A stretch of 64,000 bases of DNA from an uncultured Actinomycetota bacterium (GTDB lineage Bacteria > Actinomycetota > UBA4738 > HRBIN12), in assembly GCA_963778505.1 (NCBI GenBank), contig CAVZUH010000002.1, forward strand, positions 472,674-536,673. Direction: 5' to 3'. Both the position numbers and the translations under genes were made by a program. Below are positions 33,860 through 45,313 of the stretch, in pieces. The notes beneath the pieces are model-generated. The model did not search any database. It was not told the DNA's origin and was given only the letters and a program-made list of their open reading frames with translations. The stretch's first letter is position 1, and the number at the start of each line of letters is the position of its first letter.

Positions 33860-34661
33860 TCAGACGACGAGCGTATCGACCGCGTAGGTCTCCCTGAGCC
33901 GGAGATCGACGATGCCTGCCGGCAGGATCCGGCGAGGTCGCATCCCGTTCGCCTCCGCCACGCCGAGGTGGTGAACGCACATCGGAACCAGCAGGTCCCG
34001 CGCGTACCAGGACACGACATCGGGCGTGGAGGCAGCCGCGCTCTCCTGCCAGAAGCAGAACTGGCAGATCAGACGGAGCCGCTGCGGGTAGGCGAACCTC
34101 GCCCGGTACCCCTGCTCGTGCTCGATCACGCGCCCCCAGAGCGCGACCCGGCCGAGAACCGCTGGGCAGCGGGTCCGTCGGAGGCAGATCGAGCTCTCGG
34201 GTGGCGTGGAGCCCGCAACTGCAGGCGACATTGGGCGCCTCGTGTGACCAGGCGAGTCGGCAGGTCGCCTGCGCGACCTCACGAGGGCGCCACGCCTTCG
34301 ACCCGGCCGTGACCGGCCGCAGCAGGAGTCCCTCCCCGTCCCGCCGGCCCGTGAGCGTCCACGAGCGCCATGCGAGGATCGGCTCGACCTCCACTTCGAC
34401 GGGTAGACCGTGCACGACGGAGGCGGCCGTTCTCATCATCGCGTCGCCGACTCCGAGGCCGGCTCCGAAACCGGCGTCTGGTTCGGGCTTGACCACCGGC
34501 TCGGGTTCGGGGTCCGGCAGCGGGTCCACGGAGGGCTCCAGGATGGGCGCGGGCTCCGGTACCGGCAGCGACGCCGGCTCGATCTCGATGACCCGCTTGG
34601 GAAGGCCGATATCCAATGCCTCGTCCTCCGGTGGAGGTCGCCTGCTCCCGCCTCCCGCCAT
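33860..34661 (-). CDS. Hypothetical protein with a Pro/Glu-rich N-terminus and a Cys/His-containing C-terminal domain; one frameshift
   Basis: PVPEPAPILEPSVDPLPDPEPEPVVKPEP.., ..ATCRLAWSHEAPNVACSCGLHA.. then ..RCPAVLGRVALWGRVIEHEQGYRARFAYPQRLRLICQFCFWQ. No confident family. Confidence 0.35.
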
Positions 34662-35803
34662 CCGGCTCGTCGGAGCGTACCCCGCCGGGCGCCTTTCGCG
34701 CGTGGGCCTTTCGTCGTACCTACGCCGGTGCCAGTCGGTAGATCGGCTCCGAAGTCGCTGAAGAAGATCCGCCCGTTCGGCGCGACCTCGAGCGAGAGCA
34801 CCGGGTCCGGCCGATCGAGGACGAGGAGCGGGCCTGCGTCGAAGCCGGTCCTGGTCGCGTTCAGGTCGAAGCGGCGGATCCTGCCGTCGTTCACCGCCCC
34901 GACCAGCAGATCGCCGTCGAAGCGCGGGCCCGAGGCCGCAGGCGTCGCAGAAGGCGAGGCCCGTCAGGCCGACCGGCGTCGGCGAAGGTGTGCCTCGGGA
35001 GGATCCTCGGGGTCGGTCCGCTGTTGTTCGTGTTCGGACAACTCTGGCTCGGTCCCCACCCGTGGTTGCGGCCCCTCACGATGCGGTTCACCTCGTCGTT
35101 GCAGCTCGGTCCGTTCTCCGACTCCCAGAGCCGACCGTTCCGCGGATCGAACGCGAACCCGATCGAGTTGCGGATCCCGTACGCCCAGATCCGTGAGCCG
35201 GATGGGTTCATGGCGGGGATCGAGCCGTCCGGGTTGAGGCGGAGGATCTTGCCGCGCAGGTTGCTCGTCCGATCCTGGGAGTTCGATTCGACGGGCGTTG
35301 TCACCGATCACGACGTAGAGCTTGTTGTCGGGTCCGAAGAGGATGCGACCGCCGTTGTGGTTGCTCGCGGGGCCGGCGGCGACCGACAGGATCGTCCGAA
35401 CACCCACCCCTCGACCGTTCTGCACCCTGATCCGGAGGACCTGGTTGCGGAGACCCGCCAGCGGTGTTCCTCGTCACGAAGACGTAGACGAACGGCTGGG
35501 TTGGCCAGCTCGGGTGGAGGTCGACGCCGAGCGCCCCCCGCTCTCCGTCGAAGTTGACGCTCTGGATCCGGTGGACTCGGCGGCTGAAACCCGATCGCAA
35601 GCTACGGAAGCGCAGCCACCCCGTGTTCCTTTCGACGTAGACGAGTCGCCCAGAGGGAGTGAACGTGAAGCCGACCGGGCTGGCCAGTCCCGATGCGACG
35701 CGCACGGCCTTGACGGCCGCGATCGCTCCGCCGGCGTGCTCATCATCAGCCCGGCGAGAAGCGATGGCACCAGCACCGCCAGGATCCCCAGTCCTCCGCA
35801 TGT
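34436..35803 (-). CDS. PQQ-dependent sugar dehydrogenase (soluble glucose/sorbosone dehydrogenase, SGDH family) beta-propeller, with four or more frameshifts
   Basis: ..GLASPVGFTFTPSGRLVYVERNTGWL.., ..NHNGGRILFGPDNKLYVVIGDNA.., ..GKILRLNPDGSIPAMNP..AYGIRNSIGFAFDPRNGRLWESENGP..DEVNRIVRGRNHGWG.., ..NGRIFFSD.. across four overlapping minus-strand ORFs. Confidence 0.7.
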
Positions 35804-38174
35804 CGTCTGCTCCTTCCGCTGCGAGTATCGGCGCCGTGGCGACGGCGCCTCCCTCCATGTTCGGCGTGCCGGCTCTCCGGTCGGAAGACCCCCGGTTCCT
35901 CCGGGGCGAGGGTCGTTACCTCGACGACATCGAGATCCCCGGCGCCCTGCACGCCGCCTTCGTTCGTTCCATCATGCCGCACGCGAAGCTCGCGGGGTCG
36001 ACGTGTCCGCCGCGCTGGCTTCGCCGGGGGTCGTGGGAGTCTACGTCGCAACCGACCTGGATCTGGCACCGCTTCCGCCATCGGGCACCGTGGAGGGCGA
36101 CCCACAGGGAGAGCTCGAAGGGTTGTTCAGCCGTGAGCCCCTCGCGCGGGACGCGGTCCGGTTCGTGGGCGAGATCGTCGCCGTCGTGGTCGCCGAGACC
36201 GCCAGCGCAGGCCGTCGACGCCGCGGAGATGGTCGCCGTCGACTACGAGGAGTTGCCGGTCGTGGTGGACGTGGAGGCGGCGGTGGCCGACGGTGCGCCG
36301 TTGCTCTGGCCGGAGTTCGGGACCAACGTCGCGCATGCGTTCGGCAGCGGGTCCTCGGACGATCCTCTCGAGGATGCCGAGGTCGTCGTGCGAGGCCGAT
36401 TCGTGAACCAGCGGGTCGCGCCGGCGCCGATGGAGACGAACGGGATCGCGGTGGTTCCCGCCGACGACGGCTCCTACAGGGTGTGGGTTTCGACGCAGGT
36501 CCCGTTCGACGTGCGCGACGACCTCGCCGAGACGCTGGGGGTCGGGCGCGATCGCGTGCGCGCGATCGCGCCCGACGTCGGCGGCGCGTTCGGGGCCAAG
36601 CTGCAGATCTACGCCGAGTACCACGCGATCGCCGCGATCGCGGCGCGCGTGGGCCGTCCCGTCCGGTGGCAGGAGACGCGTTCGGAGTCGATGGTCTCGC
36701 TCACGCACGGCAGGGCGCAGATCCAGACGGTGGAGCTCGGCGCCCGCCGCGACGGCTCGCTGGTCGGGATCCGGGCCGAGATCCTGGCCGACATGGGGGC
36801 GTACCCGATCGGCGCCTTCATGCCGGGCACGACGCAGGAGATGCTGTGCGGGGTCTACCGGATCCCTCTCGTCGTGAGCAGCGGGCGGAGCGTCGTCACG
36901 AACACGACGCCGGTCGCCCCGTACCGCGGCGCCGGCCGGCCGGAGGCGACCGCACTCGTCGAGCGCGCGATGGACATGCTCGCCGCTGAGCTCGGGATGG
37001 ATCCCGTCGAGCTTCGACGGACGAACTTCATCCGTCCCGAGGAGTTCCCCCACACGACCGTCACCGGCGTCACGTACGACACAGGCGACTACGAGAAGTC
37101 GCTGGACGAGGCGCTCCGACTCGTCGGCTACGAAGCGCTCAGGGCCGAGCAGGCGATACGACGCGAGCGCGGCGACGAGGTCTGTCTCGGCATCGGCGTC
37201 GCGACCTACGTCGAGATCACGGCGTTCGGCGGCCGGGAGTATGCAGCCGTCGAGATCGGCACCGACGGGCGCGCGACGGTGTTCGTCGGCACGACGTCCG
37301 CGGGACACGGGCACGAGACCGCGTTCGCACAGCTCGCCTCCGCATCGCTCGGGGTCCCGTTCGAAGACGTGACCGTCGTGCACTCGGACACAGGATTGGT
37401 GGCGCGAGGTGAGGGCACGTGGGGCTCGCGCTCGCTGCAGATCGGTGGCTCATCGGTCTTCGAGCAGGCCGAAGCGGTCGTGGAGAAGGGTCGCGAGGTC
37501 GCCGCCGCCCTGCTCGAGGTGGATGCGGTCGACGTCGAACGCGTCGAGGGCGGATTCGCGGTGGTCGGCGCGCCCGACCGCGCCGTCGGATGGAGCGAGG
37601 TGGTCGGCGCCAGTGACGGGGGGCTCCGGGCAGAGGGTCGCTTCCGCCAACGCGGGTCGACGTTCCCCTTCGGGGCTCACGTCGCGGTGGTGGAGGTGGA
37701 CACCGCGACCGGAGAGGTGCGGTTGCTCCGCCACGTGGCCGTCGACGACTGCGGCCGGATCCTCAACCCGGCGCTCGTGCGAGGGCAGCAGCACGGCGGT
37801 CTCGCGCAGGGGATCGCCCAGGCTCTGTTCGAAGAGGTTCTGTACGACGAGAGCGGGAACCCGGTGACGTCGACGCTCGCGACGTATCAGATGCCGAGCG
37901 CGGCCGACCTGCCATCCGTTCGAGACGTCGAACACGGAGACGCCGACCGATCTGAACCCACTGGGTGCGAAAGGGATCGGTGAGTCGGCCACGATCGGCT
38001 CGACCCCGGCGGTGCAGAACGCGGTCGTCGATGCGCTTGTCCCACCTCGGCGTCCGCCACATCGACCTGCCGCTCACCCCCGAACGGGTCTGGCGGGCTC
38101 TTCGCTCGGACCCAGGGACGCCGACTGGAACCGCAAGATCGACCGAAGCTGACGAAAGGGCAAGGTTCGGATAG
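35801..38174 (+). CDS. Xanthine-dehydrogenase-family molybdopterin-binding subunit (CoxL / aldehyde-oxidoreductase large-subunit-like), with three or more frameshifts
   Basis: ..[32 protein letters not shown].., ..[14 protein letters not shown].., ..[21 protein letters not shown].., ..[16 protein letters not shown].., ..[25 protein letters not shown].., C-terminus ..[12 protein letters not shown]. Confidence 0.85.
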
Positions 38175-38197
38175 TCCTGAGCAGCGAGCTGGCTGGC

Positions 38198-38662
38198 GTG
38201 GCGGTATCCAGCCCTCGATATCGTGGTCGCGTGGCGACGGTCATCCCGATCAGCGATCGGCGGGCGCGGCTCGCGCTGATCCTCGCTGTGCTCGGCGTCC
38301 CTTCGCTGGGCATCACGGTACCGGCGGCGGTCTGGTTGGGGATCGGCGCCGTCCGCCAACGACGACTCTCGAGCGGCGGCGAGCCCGCGATGGGCTTCAT
38401 CGCGCTCGTGGTCGCCGGACTGGACGTCATGACTCTCAACTCGGTCCTGCTCAGGACGTTCGACATCATCGATCCGCACCAGGCGTGGATCGGCATCGGA
38501 TGGGGCGTGGCGCTGGCGACGGCGGTGGCACTCTGCACGGCATCCACCCTCCGGATCCATCCCGAACGTTGGGGCGCTCTCTTGGTCGCGAGGGCCGGAC
38601 TGATCGGCGCCATGGTCGGCGGCACGGCGCTCTTCGTGCGGCTGATCGCCGTTATCGACTGA
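38198..38662 (+). CDS. Hypothetical integral membrane protein (four predicted TM helices)
   Basis: Intact 154-aa ORF containing LALILAVLGVPSLGITVPAAVWLGIGAV, GFIALVVAGLDVMTL, AWIGIGWGVALATAVALC. Confidence 0.5.
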   Translation: MAVSSPRYRGRVATVIPISDRRARLALILAVLGVPSLGITVPAAVWLGIGAVRQRRLSSGGEPAMGFIALVVAGLDVMTLNSVLLRTFDIIDPHQAWIGIGWGVALATAVALCTASTLRIHPERWGALLVARAGLIGAMVGGTALFVRLIAVID

Positions 38663-38687
38663 CCCGAGCGCTGCTACCGTTGGCCGC

Positions 38688-40499
38688 ATGACACCGCGCT
38701 GGGAACGTCGCTTCCGCGCGCCCATGATCACGTACCCGGACTGGTCGCCGGCTGCGCCTCAGCGGCTCGCCTACGAGTCGACGGAGAGCGGCGTGTGGCA
38801 GCTGCACGTCGTGGATCTGGACGGCGGGGTCCGTCGGCGCGTCACCGATCATCCGGTCGGCGTGATCTCGGGCGCCTGGTCGCCGGACGGTGCCGAGATC
38901 TGCTGGTGGCAGGACGAGACCGGCGACGAGTCCGGGCGCTGGTACGCGCAGCCTTTCGAGGGTGGCGGATCACGGCTCCTCTTCCCTGAGCTCGATCCGG
39001 GATGGAACGAGGGCATCGCCTGGGTTCCCGGGATGCTCGCGGTCTCGATCAGCCGTCATGACGGGTTCGCGGTCTACGTGAGCGAGGACGGCGGAGCCAC
39101 CGTGAAGGAGGCCGCTCGGAGCACCGAGCACATGCGCGTCGCCGGGCGGCACGGCGGCTACAACCGCGGGGGCCTCTCGGCGGACGGAACGCTGCTCTGC
39201 CTGCAGCACGCCGAGCACGGTGACGAGATGCACGAGGCGCTTCGTGTGATCGATCCGCGGACGGGGGCGACGGTCGCCGACCTGGTCGATCAAGGAAAAC
39301 AGATCGCGTCCTCCGCGTGGTCCCCGATCGTCGGCGACCGTCGCCTGGCCGTCGTGCACGAGCGGGATGGGATCCCGCATCCTGCTCTCTGGGACCCCGT
39401 GACGGGCGAGTGGACAGACATCTCCACCGGGCTCGAGGGAGAGGTCTCGGTCGCGGACTGGTGGCCGGATGCGAGCGCGTTGCTCCTCTCGCAGCTCCAC
39501 GACGGCCGGCAGCGTCTCCACCGCTTCGACCTCGCGAGCGATGGCGCGGACCGCGATCGAGCATCCCGAGGGCCAGGTGGAGTGGGCACAGGTGCGGCCG
39601 GACGGCGCCGTCTGGTACCGGCACGCGAGCGGCGCGTCTCCGCAGCGGATCCTCGACGACTCCGGCAGGGAAGTGCTGCCGCTCGAGGGCGAGCCGGCGC
39701 CGCCAGGCCGCCCGTACCGGTCGTTCCGGTTCGACAACCGGCACGGCCACTCGGTGCAGGGGTTCATCGTGACCCCGGAGGGCGAGGGGCCGTGGCCGAT
39801 CCTGGTCCGTCCCCACGGAGGCCCCACGTGGCTCGATGAGGACCGCTGGAGCCCCGAGGTGCAGTCCTACGTGGACGCCGGGCTCGCGGTGGCTGCCGTC
39901 AACTACCGCGGATCGACGGGGCGCGGCGCCGTGTGGCGGGACGCGTTGATCGGCGACGTCGGCGGTCCGGAGCTCGAGGACCTCAACGACGCGCTGGACC
40001 ATCTGATCGAGGAGGGGATCGCTGATCCCGGCCGCGCCGTCGTGGGCGGATGGTCCTGGGGCGGCTATCTGACGTTGATGATGCTGGGCAAGCATCCCGA
40101 GCGGGGTTGGCGATGCGGGATCGCCGGGATCCCGGTCGGGGACTACGAGCTCTCCTACGAAGACATGTCGCCGTTGCTCCAGGCGTACGACCGGGCCCTG
40201 CTCGGCGGCCGGCCGGACGAGGTCCCCGAGCTGATGGCCGAACGCAACCCGATCAACTCTGCCGACCGCGTCGAGGCGCCGGTGCTGTTCCTGATCGGCG
40301 AACACGACTCGCGATGCCCGCTACCGGCAGGCGATGGCGTACGTGGACCGGCTCGCGGCGAGGGGACATCCGCACGAGGTCTATCTCTTCTCGACGGGCC
40401 ACGGGTCCCACGACGTCGATGAGGAGATCCGCCAGCAGCGGGTGATCCTCGATTTCCTGGTCCGAGCACGTTCCCGGGGTGACCGTCCCCGAAGACTGA
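38688..40499 (+). CDS. S9-family serine peptidase (prolyl-oligopeptidase / acylaminoacyl-peptidase-like: beta-propeller plus alpha/beta-hydrolase), with three or more frameshifts
   Basis: N-terminal propeller ..WSPDGAEICWWQDETGDESGRWYAQP... Hydrolase domain ..AVNYRGSTGRG..AVVGGWSWGGYLTLMM (GxSxG nucleophile) ..LFLIGEHDSRCP... C-terminus restored in an alternative frame (..ILDFLVRHVPGVTVPED, stop 40497-40499). Confidence 0.8.
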
Positions 40500-40508
40500 G
40501 TCGTTATC

Positions 40509-40793
40509 GTGGGTCCATGCCCATGTGGATCGTCGTCCTCACCGGCGCTGCTCGCGGCGTTCGTGATCTGGCGCGTCGGGATCGCGATGCTGCGTTCCCT
40601 CACGCTGACGACCCCGCCGTCCGACTCCGACGAGCCGGCGCCGGCAGAGCCCGAGGATGTCGACGATCTGGACGTCTACCTGGTCTGCGACGAGTGCGGC
40701 ACCGAGCTCAAGGTCTCGCGGCTCGGGGAGCTCCAGATCCCACGGCACTGCGGCGAGAAGATGCAGGTCGTGCGGCGTCCCGAGCTCGCGTGA
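40509..40793 (+). CDS. Small membrane-anchored zinc-ribbon protein (hypothetical), with one frameshift
   Basis: MPMWIVVLTGA / LLAAFVIWRVGIAMLRSL (TM helix), then an acidic linker and VYLVCDECGTELKVSRLGELQIPRHCGEKMQVVRRPELA (CxxC...HCG). Confidence 0.45.
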   Translation: MGPCPCGSSSSPALLAAFVIWRVGIAMLRSLTLTTPPSDSDEPAPAEPEDVDDLDVYLVCDECGTELKVSRLGELQIPRHCGEKMQVVRRPELA

Positions 40794-40794
40794 G

Positions 40795-40960
40795 AGGGGG
40801 TCTTCCACCGATTCCCACAGGCTTCCCCCTTCGTTTCCACGAGGTTTTCCACAACCGCGTGAAGGAAGCGTGAAGATCGCACTGCAGGGGAAGGCATTTC
40901 TCCACGATGTGGAAACCGGATGTGGAAGATGACACGGCTGTGATTCGTGCCTCCGGGAGT
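40795..40960. promoter_or_regulatory. Cluster of six DnaA-box-like motifs in a convergent (non-promoter) intergenic region beside crgA
   Basis: TCTTCCACC (40803), ATTCCCACA (40816), GTTTCCACG (40838), TTTTCCACA (40850), an inverted pair TCTCCACGATGTGGAAA (40900-40916) and TGTGGAAG (40921). These match the T(T/C)NTCCAC(A/C) boxes seen at oriC and upstream of dnaA in this window. Confidence 0.5.
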
Positions 40961-40961
40961 C

Positions 40962-41204
40962 CTACTTCCAGAAGGTGAGGCCGACGAATCCCACGCCGAT
41001 GATGCCGAGGCCGACCCAGAGCACGCCGTTGGTTGCGAGGTCCCCGCGGAGGTAGTTCGCGACGACCACCACGACACCGAGGCCGATCACGCCGAGGACC
41101 AGCGGCCCGTACCAGCGAGGGCTGTGCTTCTTGCGCTTCTTGCGCTGTGGCTCGACCTGGTAGCGCTGGCTGGCCCGCTTCTTGCGGGAGCGGGACTCCG
41201 GCAT
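40962..41204 (-). CDS. crgA: Cell-division membrane protein CrgA
   Basis: MPESRSRKKRASQRYQVEPQRKKRKKHSPRWYGPLVLGVIGLGVVVVVANYLRGDLATNGVLWVGLGIIGVGFVGLTFWK (80 aa, two TM helices). Compare Mtb CrgA, which starts MPKSKVRKK. Confidence 0.85.
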   Translation of the reverse strand: MPESRSRKKRASQRYQVEPQRKKRKKHSPRWYGPLVLGVIGLGVVVVVANYLRGDLATNGVLWVGLGIIGVGFVGLTFWK

Positions 41205-41230
41205 GGGGCAGATGGTACCCGCGTCGCGGG

Positions 41231-43440
41231 TCAGCCGGGCGCGATCGTGAGGTGCTTCGTGGCGGCGGCCTCGACCGCGGCGCGGGTGAAGGGAAGCGGG
41301 CGAAGCTCCCCGGCTGCCCACGCATCGCTCTGATCGTTCCAGTGCGGTGAGGCCGGGTTGCCCGACTGCCCCGTCGGGAGGATGCCTCTGCTTTCGTCGA
41401 GGTCGGCGAGGTCGTACACCACCCGCCACGAAGGAACGACGTAGACGTCGAAGGGGCCGTCGCCCTCGAAGCCGGCGTTGCTCACGGTCTGCTCGTCGCC
41501 GCCGAGCGGCAGCTCGGCGGCGACGAACAAGGGCTCGAGTCCCGGCATGCGGCCGAGCGGATGGGCGAACCGCGCTCGATGGATGTCACCCCACCGCCAC
41601 TCCGCGGGATCCGGCCCCATCGCCTCGATGCACCGGTCCCAGGCGGCGGCGAGCGCGTCGTCGAGCAGTTCCTTCGAGAGAACGCCGGCGCCGAGGAGCG
41701 CGGGGAGGGCCCGGCATCGGAACAGCTCGCGATCGGTCAGATACTCAGACGACCAGAGGCTCCTTGCCGTTCGACGGCTCGGCGCGCCAGCTCGTCGACG
41801 AAGACCTCCCACAGGGCAGCCGCCGCCGATCCGGCGGTGACGTCGTGGTCCCATCCCTCCAGGAGCTCTCCACCGGGCTCGTCGCCGAAGGAGGGGAGGT
41901 GGGCGAGCAGCTCGCGCGCAGAGAGGGAGACCGTGTCGGATTGGATCGCCCGACACGTGTCCACCGTGTGATCGCTCCGGGTCTCGAGCAGCTCGGTGAT
42001 CCGCGCGGCGCGATCCGGCGCGTGGAAGTCGTGGCCGATCAGGTGCGGGTAGTCCTCGTCGTGGATCCGGTCGTTCGCGGTCACCAGGTATCCCCGCTCG
42101 GGATCGACGGCGTACGGCAGCTCCTCGAACGGCACGAACCCGTCCCACTCGTGGTCGGCGGTCCAGCCGGGGACGGGGACGGTGCCGTCCCCGGCGCCGC
42201 CGGATCGGATGGAGCCCGGTGCACTGGTACCCGATCGTGCCGTCGACGTCGGCGTAGACGAGGTTCTGGCCCGGACACTCGAGCGCCCGAGCGGCGCTAC
42301 GGAACTCCTCGAAGCTCCTGACGTTCGCGACGTCGATCAGCGCAGAGGGACGGATGCTGTGCTCGGCGCCGACCCAGCGGAGCGCGTAGGAGCCGTCGAG
42401 GGGGCGTTTCGCGGGGCGAAGTCGCCCGGTCAGATACGAGTCGAGGAGCGGGTCCGTGCCGGGTCTCGCGGACCTCGTGCACGATCGGCTCGTCGCTGCC
42501 ACGGATCCGGATCTCCTCGCGGTGCACGGTGAGCGGTTCCCATGAGTCCTCGTAGCGCACCGCCGTGCCGTCGTCGTTCAGGCGCTCGAGGTAGAGGTCC
42601 TGGACGTCGCCGCTGACGTTGGTCGTCGCCCCACGCGTGGTGAGCGGTCGTGCCGAGGACGATGCCGGGAGCGAACGGTGCGGCGACGCCGCGCGCCTCG
42701 TAGCCGGGCGCGCGCAGGTGGAGCTCGATCCAGGCGCCCGGCTGCTGGACGAGCAGGTGCGGGTCGTTCGCGAGGAGGGGCTTGCCGGAGGCGGTCCGCG
42801 CGCCGGCGATCGCCCATTCGTTCGAACCCTGACCCCGCGGCGGGCGGGGGAGCGTCTCGCAGCAGATCGCCCGCGAGGCGGCCGGCCGCCGGCGCTGTGG
42901 GATGACCGCTGAGCGGGGGGAGGAGGCGGCCGGCCGCCTCCTCACCGAGCTCCGCGGCGAGGTGCACGCGGAGCAGCTCGAGGTCCCAGTTCCCCGAGAG
43001 GCCCCACGAGAACATCGCCCAGCACGCGGCCCACGAGGCGTCGTCGTCGGGGAGATCGGGCGAGGCGTCGAGCAGCACGTACTCGACGGGCGGGGCGGGC
43101 ATCGCGCCGATCCACGCGAGGATCCCTTCGCGGAATCGCGCGATCATCGGCGCGTGACGTGTCGTCCCATCCAGCGGCGATCGCGGCGCCGGCGCGGTTG
43201 ATGCCGATCGTGCGCGTGAAGCGATCGTCGTCGAGGGTGAGCTCGCCGAAGAGCTCGGACAGTCGGCCGTTCGCCTGCTTCAAGCGCGAGGTCGATCTGG
43301 AAGAGGCGCTCGCCGGCGGTCACGAACCCCTGCGCGAACCACAGGTCGTCGAGCGAGCCGGCCGAGATGTAGGCGACGCCCGTACCGGTCGCGGAGGACC
43401 TCGACGGGCGCGCCGAGACCGGGCCGCGTGAGCTCACCGT
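41231..43440 (-). CDS. Penicillin-amidase-family (S45, Ntn-hydrolase) acylase, with five or more frameshifts
   Basis: Alpha-subunit ..VAYISAGSLDDLWFAQGFVTAGERLFQIDLA... Beta-subunit N-terminal nucleophile region ..GSNEWAIAGARTASGKPLLANDPHL... C-terminal ..RWGDIHRARFAHPLGRMPGL..LPTGQSGNPASPHWNDQSDAWAAGEL... Confidence 0.8.
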
Positions 43441-43501
43441 CGAGGGGGAAAGGCGGCGCACCGCGCGCTCGCGCGGAGCCCGTCGAGGAAGTCGGCCATC
43501 G

Positions 43502-45313
43502 TCAACCCACCCGCACGTTGCCGAGCCAGCTCTCGTACAGGCGCGCGTAGGTGCCTCCGGCCGCGACGAGCTCCTCGTGCGTCCCCGTTTCCACGAGCCG
43601 CCCGGCGTCGAACACGAACACCCGGTCCGCGCCCTCCGCGGTCGACAGCCGATGCGCCACGGTGATCGTGGTGCGGCCCTCGGACACCCGCCGCAGCGCC
43701 TCCGAGGTCCGCCGCTCGGTCGCCGGATCCACCGCCGACGTCGCCTCGTCGAGGATCAGCAAGCCCGGGTCGGCGATCTGTGCGCGGGCGAGCGCCACCA
43801 GCTGCCGCTCGCCGACGGACAGCGCCTCTCCCCGCTCGCCCACCGTCGTGTCGAGGCCCCTCGGGAGCGCCGCGACCCAATCGCCCAGCCCCAGCTCCTC
43901 GAACGCGGTCTCGACGTCGCGGTCGGTCGCACCCGTCCCGGCCGGCCCGAACGTTCTCGCGCACGGTCGTGTCGAACAGGAATCCGTCCTGCGGCACCAT
44001 CCGGAGCGAACGCTGGCGAGACGGCGCCGAGATCTCGCGCAGGTCGATCCCGCCGACCTCGATCCGCCCGTCCGCCGGGTCGGCGAGTCGCGAGACGAGC
44101 TTCACGAACGTGGTCTTGCCGCAACCGGTCTCGCCGACGATCGCGACGTGCTCGCCCGCTTCGACGTCCAGCGTGATCCCGTGCAGGACGGGCCCGCCTT
44201 CGCGGTACGAGTAGTCCACGTCCGTCGGCGGTGACCGAGAGGGCCCCCGTCGGGAGCTCCACGCCCGGCACCGGCTCCACGATCTCCACCGGGAGGTCGA
44301 GGACCGCCAGGACCTTGCGCCATCCCGCGATCGCGGTCTGCGTCTCGCTGTAGATCTCGGGGAGATCGGTGAACACGTGCAGGAACGTGTCGGCGAGGAA
44401 CAGGAACGCCGTCACACTGCCGAACGTGAGTCCCCAGCTCGGACCGAAGCTCGCGCCCAGCACGACCACGATCGAGACGGCGAGCGCGTAGAAGACCGTG
44501 GACAGCGGGAAGAGCGTGGCCGACCGGAAGTGCGCGACGACCTCGGCGCGGTACCTGCGGTCGATCGCGCCGCGCACGCGGCCGAACGTGCTGCTCGTCG
44601 AGCCCGTAGGCGCGGACGACCGCCGCCCCCATCACGGACTCGGACACCTCCGAGAGCATCTCGCCCACGCGAGTGCGCGCGGTGTCGAAGGCGGCCGAGA
44701 GACGGTTCTGGAGGGACCAAACGATCAGGATCAACGGCACGACCAGACGCGATGATCGCGAGCGTCAGCTGCCAGGAGTAGAAGAGCATCAGCGCGAGCG
44801 ACGCGACGACCTGGACCGCGGCCCAGATCCACGCGATCCCGCCCCACTCCATGAACTGCTGCATCGCGTCGACGTCGGCGGTCACGCGCGCGACGAACAC
44901 CCCGCGCTTCTCGTCGGACTGCTCGGCGATCGAGAGACGATGGATGTGCGCGAACGTCCGGATGCGCAGGCCCATCATCGCGCCTTCCGCCGCGTGGACC
45001 AGGCGGCGGCCGGCGCGCGCGACGCCACGAACGTCAGCACCACCAGGGCGAATGCCGCGGCGCACACGACGTGCCTACGTACACGGGACGGAACCCGCCG
45101 TCGAAGCCGTGGTCGAACACCAGCTGGATCAGCACGGGCGTGGTGAGGTGCGCGACCACGACGCCGAGCGAGATGATCACCGTGAACCCGAGGCCCGCTG
45201 CGCAGCTCCGGGCTCTCGCGGATCCCGCGCCGAAGGACCGCGAAGGAGCTCCGGAGCTCCTCCGGGACCTCGAAGTCGTCCTCCTCGCGGACCACGCCTG
45301 CCGCGGCGCTCAT
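43502..45313 (-). CDS. ABC transporter, fused permease/ATP-binding exporter (second gene of a heterodimeric-type pair), with frameshifts
   Basis: TMD ..MMGLRIRTFAHIHRLSIAEQSDEKRGVFVARVTADVDAMQQF... NBD GEHVAIVGETGCGKTTFVKLV (Walker A), LSVGERQLVALARA (signature), LLILDEATSAVD (Walker B). The start ATG overlaps the upstream gene's stop (ATGA at 45310-45313). Confidence 0.85.
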
